Source: Azolla caroliniana (taxonomy: Eukaryota; Plantae; Polypodiophyta). From it: a DNA stretch of 64,000 nt. Below are positions 52,645 through 64,000 of the stretch, piece after piece. The notes below the pieces were generated by a model. That model searched no databases. It was not told where the DNA came from and worked only from the letters and a program-made list of their open reading frames with translations. The translations under genes were made by a program, and so were the position numbers. Numbering within the stretch: the stretch's first letter is position 1; the number at the start of each line of letters is the position of its first letter. The stretch is from NCBI GenBank assembly GCA_043228905.1, contig JBHGNT010000010.1, positions 18,724,001-18,788,000 on the forward strand. The letters are read 5' to 3'.

Positions 52645-55600
52645 CATTTTACATCTCAGGAGGTTTTTGTTGCGGCGGCTAAATCCTTAGGTAACGATGT
52701 TTGTCTAAGAAAAGATGGAATAGGAATTGGCTTCTATTTGCATTATTGGGATTTTCTTGGTCCTCTCCTTACTAGATCAGTTAATTTAATATTCTCAAGT
52801 GGTAATATGCATGTTGAATGGACAGACGGAGTCATATATATGATTCCTAAGTCGGATGCGCAATGTGATGAAGTCTCCAAGTTGCAGCAATAACATTGCT
52901 TAATGTTGTGTATAAGATTGTGGCAAAAGTTATTGTTGTTAGACCACTAGTTCATTTTTGTTTTTTGGAGAATATGGGACACTATTTCCTATCTTCAGGT
53001 CTGTTAGGCAAGGATGCCCTCTTGCCCCATTTCTTTTTATCTTGTTTGAGTAAGCTTTGTCCTCCTACCTAAGATCGTTGACTGCTGGTATCAAAGGCAT
53101 AGTATTACCTATTACACAGTCCACTGTAATGGATGTTGAGTTTGCAAATGATACAACCCTCTATGTTGACAGGGAGATTGGTAATCTCAACCATGTACAA
53201 AATGCTTTGCAGGTTTTCTCAAATACTACGAGTGCATAACTTAATTGGAATAAGTCAGTCTGCCTTTGGGTGGGTGTAGAAACTCACCCTACGTGGTATC
53301 TAGGTCCTGCTTTCCGATGGCTTCATCATGGTGAGCCAGCTCGATATTTGGGATGTATGGTTGGAATAGATTTAAGGCCAGAAGCAATGTTATCTTCGTT
53401 ACTATTATCAATAAAACGCAAATTACTGTATTGGGATGCCTAACAATTGTCTTTTGTAGATCAGGTTGTAGTAGCAAACACAATACTATTGGCATCAATG
53501 TGGTTTATAACATATGTGTGGCTATTTTCTAGATTAGCAATAACAAAAGTGCAAAGCTTGATTCGTAATTTCCTTTGGTGGGTGGGTGGGGGGGACATGG
53601 CTCTCCTACAATAGCCAAAGTTGTTTGGAATGTGTTGATTCAGCCTAAAATCAATGGAGGGTTGGGTTTAATATATCCTTTGATGCAGTTAAGAGCTCTC
53701 TTGACTAAGTTTGTGATCAGAGCATTGTTGCCAAGATCAAAAGCTTGGAAAGGAATGTTTTTAAATCAGTTAATGCAGTTAACTCCTAAGACAAGAGTGT
53801 TGATCGAATATGTGCAGAAACGTATGTATGAGGATCTGTCGTAGTGTTCAACAAACAACATAGAAGGAAGGCAAGAGAATAAACAAAGAATGAACACATT
53901 CTAAGCTTTAATGGAAGCTTTGATATATTACGTTCTTTCTCACTCTCACTCTCACTCAGAGATCGCTATACAAGATGATCAAGAAGTTCGCTCTCTTTAC
54001 GTCGTTAGGTTATTGCTTATATACTAAGCGCTAACTCTTTTGGACGAGTTCACACTAGGATACAAATTAGAAGGAGTCGGCCTTTTATGCCAACAAGGAG
54101 GAGCATGGTCACCCTCTTTAAAGTGGTTGTTCTTTAATGATATGAAAACGCTAAGGCGGAATCTTGCATCCAATATATTTTTGCTAGGAATCATAAGAGC
54201 ATGGGATGCGATTAAATCATTTTTGGTTAAGGATAAACATTCTACATGTGATGCATTACTTAACCAGCCTATGCTAGCCAATTCTCTATTTTGGGATAAT
54301 GCATGAAAAGTATTGGGCCTGCAAACTCACCTTGTTTGGGGTAAATTGGATAATGGGCCAGCTGCATCTGTAAGAACATGGACTCAATTTCAACAAATGT
54401 CACAAGAAGATCGTCTTGCACATCTACAATCAATTCATGGTGCCAAGGTAGTGATTGTTACCTTATCAACAACATATTCTTCGTTTTTTACAACCTTCCA
54501 ACCCAAGCAGGAACATCTATGGTTTGGATGCTTCACAAATGATACATTGATGGTTGTTAAGGGTGTTTCACCTAATGAGTGCGTTTCTTATTTTGAGGTA
54601 CTAGACAACAATATATTTCAATCTTATACCTTTGATTGCAGTTATCTACAGGACTTGAGAAGTGCACCAGTCAAAGTGGTTGCTAAAACTGGAAAGAAAT
54701 GGATCCTTGATCCTTATCCTTCAATTGCTCATATGTGTGATATCCTGTGGTTATACGCAAAAGATCTTGTTGCAAGATTAACATGGGATCCGAGGTGGTT
54801 GGCTTTGGTCACTCTCCTTGGGGGAAAAGATCGTAAAGATCCCCTTCTTTCAATACTCAGTAAAACTTGGAAGATCATTACCGCTCTCTCGGAATGTAAC
54901 AATACCAACAACTCAAAAACATTGGACCAATTGGGGTGTCTCAACTTTGCATTTGAGAACCTATTGGAAATGGGTTTGGGCATTCAAGGGGCCAACTAGA
55001 TTTATTCTCTTTCGATGGCTATTAGTGCATATGGCACTACCAATTGGTCATTCATTGAAAGGGAATGTAGCACCCAATTTGCAGCAATGTGGCTTTTGGC
55101 ATGAACCTCAAGAGACTACCAAGCATGTCCTATGGTCTTGTCCCTTTGCTCAACAAGTATGGAAGAAAGTCATGTATTTATTCCTAACAATCAATGTAGG
55201 TTGCATATTATCATGGGGATCAACGATATGGGGAGTATGACATTCCAGCTTGATGTTGTCTGAGGCAAACGATGTTCATGAGGCAACAACAGTACATAAT
55301 AGAATATTGATATTAGTTAGTCCCTTTCAGCAACCTCGAAAGCAAGTGCGATCTGTCTAGATTTGGAAAACAGTGACCACAGTAACGTTATGGGCATTAT
55401 AGGAATATCGATGTAACCGACTTTATGATGCGGTAGACATTTATCTCTCAGATGTGCTGCTTGAGATATGGGAGAAGTTGCTAGCAGTAGTCCGTGGCCA
55501 ATATGATAATATGTAGGGTTCCCCAGATATTGTGAACAAGAGAAGGAAAAAGTTTCTTCACTTATGGAAAAAGTTGCGCATGTTTACAATGTCAACTCAA

Positions 55601-55645
55601 GAGCCTCAATGGCAATATCGAGTTCCATGGACTCTTTCTTGAATA
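52645..55645 (+). mobile_element. Decayed 5'-truncated L1-type LINE (RT, zf-RVT, C-terminus)
   Basis: KDGIGIGFY..YWD, IYMIPK, ITLLNVVYKIVAK, SVRQGCPLAPFLF, EFANDTTLY (FADD), PKINGGLGL, C..W..PQETTKHVLWSCPFAQQVW. Contains stops and frameshifts. Confidence 0.9.
53798..54095 (-). mobile_element. Solo LTR (298 bp) inserted into the LINE
   Basis: Termini TGTTG...CAACA and 5-bp TSD aagag/aggag. A TATATAAG box lies on the minus strand at ~54020. Removing the insert restores the LINE frame TPKTR-GAWSPSLKWLF. Confidence 0.8.
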
Positions 55646-55839
55646 TCAACAAATGTAACATCTTTAACAAAGTTTGATATTTGGTCCTAGGATTATTTTA
55701 CATCATTGTATAAGAAAAGTTATAACCTCTTGGGCAGTTAGGTTCAAGTTGTAGCCTTCGGGCATTTTTTCTTAATACTATTGTAGAAAATCCTTTTAAA
55801 AACAAAACTACCTTAAAAATTGTATTTACACATCTAAAA

Positions 55840-56330
55840 TTGGGATCCTTCCATAATGGGGGTGGAAAAAGGCACCTTGGTGGAGCATATCTCCCCTTTC
55901 TTCTCTCTCTAAAAGAGGTGAAGATTTGCCTTTGTCCACATTTTTGTAAAATGTTGTTGCTTACGAAACACAACCTTAGGCTCATTCATTATTGCCTCAT
56001 ATTGACCTTTTAGAGTATGTAGAAGCATTAAGCATATCTCCTTGACTAATTCAACTGCATTTTGTTTGACGTATTGAAATGCACATTTACATCTTGCCTT
56101 CCACAATACCCAAATTACTAAAGAAGATATATCCTAGACCAAATATTGTCTTCTACTAAACAACTGATTGTTTTAGTATAAGAGACCTCCAATACTTACT
56201 CTTCATCGGAAAGAATAAGAAAATCAACACACTCCTTTTCATAATTTTGTATTTGCCCACGTGTACCGAAGAAAATCAACACACACCCCTTCCCACAAAA
56301 CCCCACGTGTACATCTATTTACCATAAATA
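55840..56330 (-). mobile_element. LINE 3'-terminal fragment
   Basis: WKARCKCAFQ...KEIC..LLHTLKGQYEAI...HFTKMW...RYAPPRCLFPPP. Confidence 0.7.
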
Positions 56331-56879
56331 GAATACATAATTCTCAACACTATTTTCCCAATTGCTCTAGCAATAGGATATATCCATAAGACATGGTGAA
56401 CTGATTCAATGTGAAAACCATAACTATCACATTTTAAATCATGACGATGAACCGTATCCATGACTTCATACGAATCTTATAATGTACCAATAACCATCTA
56501 AACAATACAACATTTTTAGGATTTTGCATGGCCCACGACCATTTCCAATAAGCACCCAAAGCAAAGATAGAAAGTTCAATTGAGGAACAAAATGTTTGAG
56601 AATGAAACCAAGATTGACCATGTATCTTCTTGTCAAGAATAAGTTATAGGTATTCTTAATTTCCCACATTACCACCATGCATTCCTATAAACTCAATGTT
56701 TGGACAAATGCATTTGTCAACTAATTCACCAACTCATACTTTATAGTAACATTCTCTTTTCCTTAAAGTTGAACTCTTCCTCTTCTTTAGGAGATTTTAT
56801 ATTCTAAATATGTGATTAGAAAACAAAAACTACAAAAAAACAAGACAATACATGGTAAAGCATAATGTGAAAGCATTGT

Positions 56880-57672
56880 CTTTCCACAACATACAAAGAC
56901 TTTATGTTGTCAAAGTCATTCATTGAGGAAGATCCGAGGGTTTAGAATTGGAGGAGACTAGCATGAAATTTGTATGGTCACCCTCTCTTGCCTCCCTAGA
57001 AGTATATGAATACTTGGAGTTGCACATTCTATACTCATAATTGGTAATTGTGTTTTGCAAATGTAGGGCTTCTCTCATTAAGTTGACGCACTATCTAGCT
57101 AACCTTCACACAAATAATTTCCCCCTTCTATCACTGATAACCAGGCACCTACAATTAGTGCCCAAAAGTAGAAAATTGGAGATATATGGGTATTGTTGCA
57201 CCCATTATCATATGGAGCATATGGACAACAAGATGTACTAGGGTATTTTCAACAAACAAACAGCCTCCAGTAGAATCTATTAAGCTAATATGGCACATAT
57301 CAATAACTATATTGAGGGCCCAATATGAGCAGATTCATGGAACATATGATGCGTCAAAACTAATGAGGCTGAATTTCAAAAAACAATGATGTACTACACT
57401 GATGGTTGCAGAAACTGGAATGGATATATGTTGGCAATACGTAGTACCCAGATGGTTGTTCCCCCCTCCCATTAGATGAAAGAGGGGCGTGAATGACATG
57501 AGACACATAGAGAACAAACATGTGGGCTATTGAGTGTAAGATAAATAAGTGATGGCGACCATATGGAAGTAGGTAATGACTACCCGATAAAGGGACTAAA
57601 GTTGTGTATTGAATGACATTTTAACTAATGGAGTATATTCTTATTTGGTATAATAATAATAATAATAATAAT
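56880..57672 (+). mobile_element. LINE 3'-terminal fragment with (TAA)n tail
   Basis: IWSIWTTRCTRVF...IKLIW..SITILRAQYEQI...WQYVVPRWLFPPP, followed by (TAA)n at ~57650-57672. Confidence 0.7.
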
Positions 57673-58150
57673 TTCCCCCTTCCTTAAATTAATCCACCTC
57701 TTTACTTATTAGTACATATTAATACCATTACATCCAAACAATGAAAAAATAGTTACGTTGCATTTCTTGATTGTCAGAAAGAAGTACATTTTTTTTATCA
57801 TTTATTAGTTTGAAAGAAATTCCAATAAAATAAATGCAAAAGTATAATGTTAGTTTCATTATTTGAACTTTAGTTTCAAGGGGGATGTTGATTCTTGATA
57901 CATGGTTTACATTACTATGGTAAAAAATAGAAATAAAAATAAAGACACTAACCATCATCATCTAATCAAGATGTTACGTGCTAAAGCTCAACGCGAAATC
58001 ATATCCTAATGAATTTCTACAACATTTGCAATTCAAAACTGAACGTAGAATCCATTGTGGAATAGAAAGAAGATGTCAAAACATATGGAATTCTTTTTCC
58101 TAGTAACCAAATGGGGACCCTCTCGACCACATAAGCAAAGTGGAAAGTTC

Positions 58151-58423
58151 CATAGTATGAACCATATGTACGATACGTGCATTTACATTCGAGAATGTTT
58201 CAATCATTCGAGTAGGGTAAACACCTCGAAGAATGGTAAATACCATACTTTTGGATTAACTATTTATTATGAGGTAAAAAAACCTAAAAAAGGAAAACAA
58301 AACCTTAAAAAAAGGAAAAAAACAAACAAAAAAACACAAGAATGTTTCAACAACATTCGCATTCGTTTTCAAACATAGGAAAACGAATGTTATGCTAGAC
58401 GAACACGAATTTTAAGTACTATT
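58151..58423. mobile_element. hAT-like MITE (family B), opposite orientation to 7558-7736
   Basis: CATAGTATGAA start. tcattcgagta, acacaagaatgttt, attcgttttcaaac and acgaacacgaat...gtactat are reverse complements of the 7.6-kb element. No clear TSD. Confidence 0.6.
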
Positions 58424-59599
58424 TCAAACAATGGACCCATTAGAATTATTAACAAAATAAAAATAAAAGAAAACCTTAACCATTCCATCTATGTAGGATT
58501 ATCAAGGATAGTAGGTATTTGTATAATCTATGTTTGCTTAGTTCTTTTTCTTTTCTGAGAATGCAAAGACCTTAGATGGTCACATTGATAAGATTATGGC
58601 TTTTATCGAATGGGAACCATAATGATATCAAAGTGTAGTCATTAACTTTGGATATATATATTAATTTGGAGGGCAATCTAGAGTTAGGTTAATTGGAGCT
58701 ACCAGCAATGTTTCTATGATTTGTACGGTACCTTTGGTTGATGTACTTTTTAATAGTTGGGCTAAACATTTCTATGTGCTAAATGTGATGCTCTACTAGG
58801 TTGCTTGAATCATCCTTAAACTTTTACATGACAAGATGGAGTTTACCAAGGTTAGAGCAACAATATGGATAGAACTAGTTATGCCCTTTTTGCATGTTTA
58901 GTGGAAATTGTTTCTAAGAATGATTACCTTTAGTCGGCATCTTACGCAATCACCAATGCATTATTACGAATGGATAAAAGCATATCAATGGATCCATAAG
59001 TAGTCAAAAATATTAAATTTGATTTGTTAGACGCCTTACAATTCAAGTTTATGGTTTCGAGTCTCAATCAATGGTTTTCCAACATTACAAATGTTGCTTG
59101 TTTACATAGAGTCGAAAGTGGAAATCATATTTCTAGTGGATCCATATGTTGTCAACAATGTAAAATATTATCTTCTAAATTTGAATAGTCAAACATGCTA
59201 ATGCACTATTGTTTTTTGCAATAAATATATTACCAGTTGGACATCTCAACATTGAGTTAAACCCCCCACAAAAATAAAGAATACACAAAAAATCAATACT
59301 TAAAAATATTGAAAATAAAGCTGAAATATATGTCAAGAGATTTCTACAAGTTGCAGACAATCATAAGGAGGTTGTCTCAAAGTGGAATTGAAGAATTGAA
59401 AGTCACAATAGGACATTGATCAAAAGCCACATGATTGCGAGTTATCCGAACGGTCTATGGTGCCCAATATTTGATTCGAGGGAAAATACATGGCATCCTC
59501 CTATAATTTATTGGAAAAGAGACCAAAGGACTAAAAGGATTTTCCGAATTGCAGACTTGGAGAACGATATGTCAATGGATAAAGCTATTGTTGATGAAC

Positions 59600-60100
59600 A
59601 AATCCACAACAAGTGAATCATTAGTTTTTATCCTTTCCAATACCACACACAAAAAATGAATTGTTCTCCTTTTCTAAAGGCGAGATCCTATGTGAAGTAT
59701 ACTCGATAGAAATATCCATAAGAACACATGTTGTTTAAGAGGTAAACTAAATACCAATGTTGAATACGTCTTTCCTTCCACCATCCCTTGGATCTGTCGA
59801 TCTACCACAAAGAATTTCCATGACCCAACAAAGGGGAAGAAAAGGTTTTGTAGATGTTATAAATTGATCGCCAATCCTTGTGGACAAATTTGTTGCGTCA
59901 CTTCAATTTTTGGACACAAAGCTCAATTAATGCTTTGAATAGTGGCACAAGGGTAAATGGTCGGCATTGTTCCATTAAATCGCGATGAATGTATCTATGG
60001 TGATGTTCCAATCTTTGATCAATTTGGTGGTTAGGGGTAGGTTGCAACCATGATTTTGTAGTAATAAAGCTTGTGCTTTTAAAAACCTAAAGCTTAGGTG
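59600..60100 (-). mobile_element. Decayed LINE RT remnant
   Basis: Minus strand reads KDWRSI(Y)NIYK at ~59850-59885, resembling KDWRPI.LLN..YK. No ORF. Confidence 0.35.
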
Positions 60101-62299
60101 TTCAAGTCTCAGGTAACGGTCGAAACAAGTTACCTATTAACAAACAATGTGAACTAATTGTTGTTATATATTCTATAAAAAACTTTAGATCCTCAACGAA
60201 TTATTGCTTATAAGTTTAAGAGGTCATCCCATTAAACATTTCTAAAAGTCGTGTGCATAAAAAAACGTTTTCTTCTTTACAATGTCAAGGTTTTGGATTC
60301 TAATGGGTTTGATGTACCATTCATAATACATAATTTTAGTTTTGCGATCATGCACACTAATATTTGATCCTCAAAATGGCTTTAAAACATTTAGATTGAC
60401 AAATTTTATCAAGTGCAAGGATTAAAATGCAATCATATAATTCTTCATGTTTCCAATTTGAGATATTATTAACTAAAATAACGATCAATGTAGTTAAGAC
60501 AATATACATATAACAAAAACGTATGTTGTCGTGGAACGATGGAAAAAAAGGAACCAAAATCATTCAAACACATTTCTCCTTTTTTTTCTCTCTCCCAATC
60601 TTTGAATTAGTCTCTGCCACCTTAGATTTGGACATGATTGAAAAGTAAATATGCATTACTTTAATCCATGGAAGGAACTATATCTTCAAAAGAGATGTTT
60701 TTAGGATGGCCAATAGAGAGGTCTTTTAGCACAGAAAATAGGAGCAAATATAGCATTGTATTATGAAGAAGACATGATGATTCTATTCATTGGTAGCATT
60801 ATATAATCACTAACTAATAGTAAAATCAATATTGAAAGTATGTCAAATCGGAACGATTTAACTCCCAAGTGACAACAAGGTAAAGAGGATCCGATATTAA
60901 TTTGAAGTGAGTGTCGAGTACTTTGGAATAGTATTATAACCTTGACGCGATCAAAGTCTAAAATGTGTGGGGTAAGACACTTTTGGTATGCGGGATGTAT
61001 AGTTTGAATTGAGAACATAAGCGGACCTCAAATCTACAATAAAAAACATAAGTTGACAGTCAAATGAGTAGGATAACTACAGAGCACATGTGCACATGTG
61101 TGTCAGCTTCTAGTGAAATACAATCTTAGAAAGATAATTGCTATTCTATCCACAACGTACCTTGATACCTTTTTTTCATTTGGAAATTTGAGGACACTTG
61201 GAATGGATAGAATCGTAAATTTGAGTCGTGTTATATCATCCAAACTATTCAGCCTTGAAGAGTTCTATCTATAGGAGGAATACATGAAAATTTTATTGAC
61301 ACCAACACACTCTTACATATGTAAAGAAAAAACAAGCACAACCCTCCCATTGGATGGGTCATTGGTAAATGAGTTAACAAAGAAAACAATAATTCTTTTT
61401 CTCTAGAGAATCAATTCATATTGATATATGATTAGTAGCTATCATATGACCGTTTGTTCATCCAAAATTCATAAAAGAACATAGGTTTTCTTTTGATTGT
61501 ATACACAAGTAAAACTAAAAAGTGGGTTAGTATAGTCATGTTACCCGGATAATGTTGCTAGAAAAGAGTTAGTTGGGAGATGTAGAGTCAGGGTAAAATG
61601 GGATTTATTTCAGTCTTGTTGGAGTTACGGGTCGGGTGAGTTTTTGTTGTTTTTTGTTTGATGGTTTTGGCGTTGTTCCTCCAAGTTGTATATGTTGATC
61701 CCATTGTGGATTCTTTGCTAACTAGTGTGAAGTAGTGTTTTTTTGGGAAAAAAAAAACTAATTGAGCATGTGCTTCTCAACATTCTCTTGAAAGTTAATT
61801 CTCATGTATATTGCAATGTTATGCCTCTCCATCTCTATATCCATAGGTATGAGCATGCAATGCTCTCTATGTCTTACCCTATGGAATGAGGGAGGCATTC
61901 TAGGGTAGACATTGCTTTCCTAGTATCCTCTTTGTGGGTTGTTTTTCCTTTTCCTTGTTATGGTTATGGACCTGATGGAGTGGTATGATCTTAATGATCG
62001 GCCCGTTGAAAAGCAATTTATTGATGAAAATATTGTTGGAGGGGGGGAGAGGCATCCTCTACGGATCTGCATTAAGGCCATGGTTAAATTTACCCTTTTT
62101 TTCATATAATATATTTGCCGCATTGTATATAACTTATTTGAAACTACATGCCACACATCAAGTGTACCAAACTAGTGACGTTACAATCTCCAAATAGGAG
62201 ATGGAGTCATCTCATAATAGCCAATGGCATCTCTCTCTCTCTTTTAAAAATATTATTATAATTATCTTACCCTAGTGGTAAGTTGTTACACTACTAACA

Positions 62300-63165
62300 C
62301 TACAACTTGGGTTAGAAATCCAATTGTCGCACCTCCTTATTACTCCAATATATATTCTCTTGATTGACCAAATGGCACTATGGAATGTAGGAGTTGAACC
62401 CGATACCAATTAACTGACAACTTGGGTTCAAAACCCAATTAGCTCACCTCTTTATTACTCCGTACTTATTCTCTTGATTTACTCGATGCCACTATGGAAT
62501 GTAGGGGTCGAACCCATTACCAAACTTTATTACTCCATACATATGTATTCTCTTGACTTACTAGATGCCACTGTGGAATGCAGGGGTCGAACCCATTACC
62601 AAACTTTATTACTCCATACATATGTATTCTCTTGACTTACTAGATGCCACTGTGGAATGCAGGGGTCGAACCCATTACCAAACTTTATTACTCCATACAT
62701 ATGTATTCTCTTGACTTACTAGATACCACTGTGGAATGCAAGGGTTGAACCCATTATCAACTTTATTACTCCATACATATGTATTCTCTTGACTTACTAG
62801 ATACCACTGTGGAATGTAGGGGTCGAACCCATTACCAAACTTTATTACTCCATACATATGTATTCTCTTGACTTACTAGATACCACTGTGGAATGCAGGG
62901 GTTGAACCCATTATCAACTTTATTACTCCATACATATTCTCTTGATTTACTAGATGCCAGGCGCTATGGAATGGAATGTCGGGGTCGAACCCATTAGCAA
63001 TTGACAACTCGGGATTCAAAACCCAGTGAGTGATCCACGCCTCGGCAGTTAGTACTCCATACACATTCTCTTAATTTTCTAGATGCCACTATGGAATGTG
63101 CATAGGGGGGATTTGAACCCATGACCTCCTCCTCTCTATCGGGCAACCTTCTGAGCGGAGAACTC
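62300..63165 (-). repeat. Tandem array of tRNA-like/SINE-derived units (78-79 bp core units, ~115 bp edge units), each with a Pol III B-box
   Basis: Minus unit (62650..62572): GTGGCATCTAGTAAGTCAAGAGAATACATATGTATGGAGTAATAAAGTTTGGTAATGGGTTCGACCCCTGCATTCCACA. Nine GGGTTCRA sites. SINE-like head GCTCAGAAGGT...GAGGTCATGGGTTCAAATCCC at 63160..63107. Confidence 0.85.
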
Positions 63166-63426
63166 TCTCTGTCTTTGTCTTTGTCTCTCTCTCTCTCTCT
63201 CTCTTGTTGTTGTGTCTATCTGTTTCAATGGTGGACACCCCCCCCTTCCGGGGCGCCCCTCGTGTGCGTGTTGATTGGTCGGGGCCGGTCGGGCTACGGG
63301 TCCGGTTGGGTCCCGAGCATTGACATGTCACCATCACCATCACCATCATCATCATCATCCTCCTTTGGTTTTTCAAGGTCATGTTAGCTGTCCAAAACAG
63401 AGCACCCCCATTCTTCTTCTTCTTCT

Positions 63427-63470
<44 letters not shown>

Positions 63471-63508
63471 CTGTCTCTGTTTCTGTCCTTTCCTCTGTGC
63501 TTGTCTCC

Positions 63509-63850
63509 ATGGCAGCTTCAGCCGCCCCCCGAGCTCGAGATTACGATTACCTCGTCAAACTCCTCCTTATCGGTGATAGTGGTAAGCTTTTCCTTTCCTT
63601 TCCTTGTCTCCCCCCCTCTGCTTAATCTTCTCATTCCTTCCTTCCTTCCTTTTTTTTGTTTTTGTTTTCCTTTTCTTCTTCTTCTTCTTTATCCCCGCAG
63701 AATCTCCCCTTCCGAGTCTTCTTCCTCCTCATCTGTGTCTCTTATCTGTCCTGTGGATTCTTTGATTCTCATTCCAGGCGTAGGGAAGAGTTGCTTGCTG
63801 TTGCGATTCTCAGATGATACCTTCACCACAAGCTTCATCACAACTATCGG
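63509..63850 (+). CDS. RABE1: Rab8/RabE1 (ARA-3-like) small GTPase, exons 1-2 (gene continues beyond the window)
   Basis: Exon 1 63509-63581 gives [24 protein letters not shown](G). Exon 2 63778-63850 gives [24 protein letters not shown], containing the P-loop GDSGVGKS and the RabE effector motif SFITTIG. GT-AG junctions are in phase. Confidence 0.93.
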
Positions 63851-64000
63851 GTTCGTCCTTCACCCTCCTATCTCTCTCTCCCCTCAGTATTTTAGGGTTT
63901 CTTCCGTTTTTTGAAGACTTTTCTTGTTTTCCCTTTTCTAGGGTTTCCAAGATTTTCTATATGTGGATCTCTCATCTGATCTTGTGCTAATTTGTTATTG

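Noticed and set aside
62470-62990. Bona fide tRNA gene cluster or CRISPR array
   Set aside because: There is no proper D arm or 7-nt anticodon loop and no unique spacers. Reported as a tRNA-like repeat instead.
12617-63165. Functional link between POP5 and the tRNA-like array
   Set aside because: They are ~46 kb apart in a eukaryotic genome, and plant tRNA 5' processing uses PRORP. The co-occurrence is most likely coincidental.
63089-63914. Several overlapping ORFs near RabE1
   Set aside because: They derive from CT/CAT/CTT microsatellites in the 5'UTR and intron. Only the two spliced exons are coding.

Overview
This is AT-rich, CpG-depleted, intron-containing land-plant nuclear DNA. The gene and LINE styles suggest a seed-free plant such as a fern, which is an inference. 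Six protein-coding genes were reconstructed from splice sites and reading frame: a RING-H2 E3 ligase (-), POP5 (-, 3 exons), a PHD + extended-PHD (PZP) chromatin reader (-, 2 exons), FG-nucleoporin NUP62 (+, 9 exons), an EIN3/EIL ethylene transcription factor (+), and the first two exons of a RabE1/Rab8 GTPase (+, runs off the window). Intergenic and intronic space holds a full-length but decayed Ty1/copia element, many L1-type LINE fossils, a solo LTR nested in a LINE, two families of hAT-like MITEs and several micro- and minisatellites. Two non-coding structures are the most unusual. The first is a head-to-tail array of 78-79-nt units upstream of RabE1; each minus-strand unit carries a Pol III B-box and the acceptor-stem plus T-arm geometry of a tRNA. 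The second is a 3-kb composite in which ~860-bp direct repeats flank a CpG-rich 105-bp x ~10 minisatellite. No CRISPR array, rRNA or bona fide tRNA was seen.
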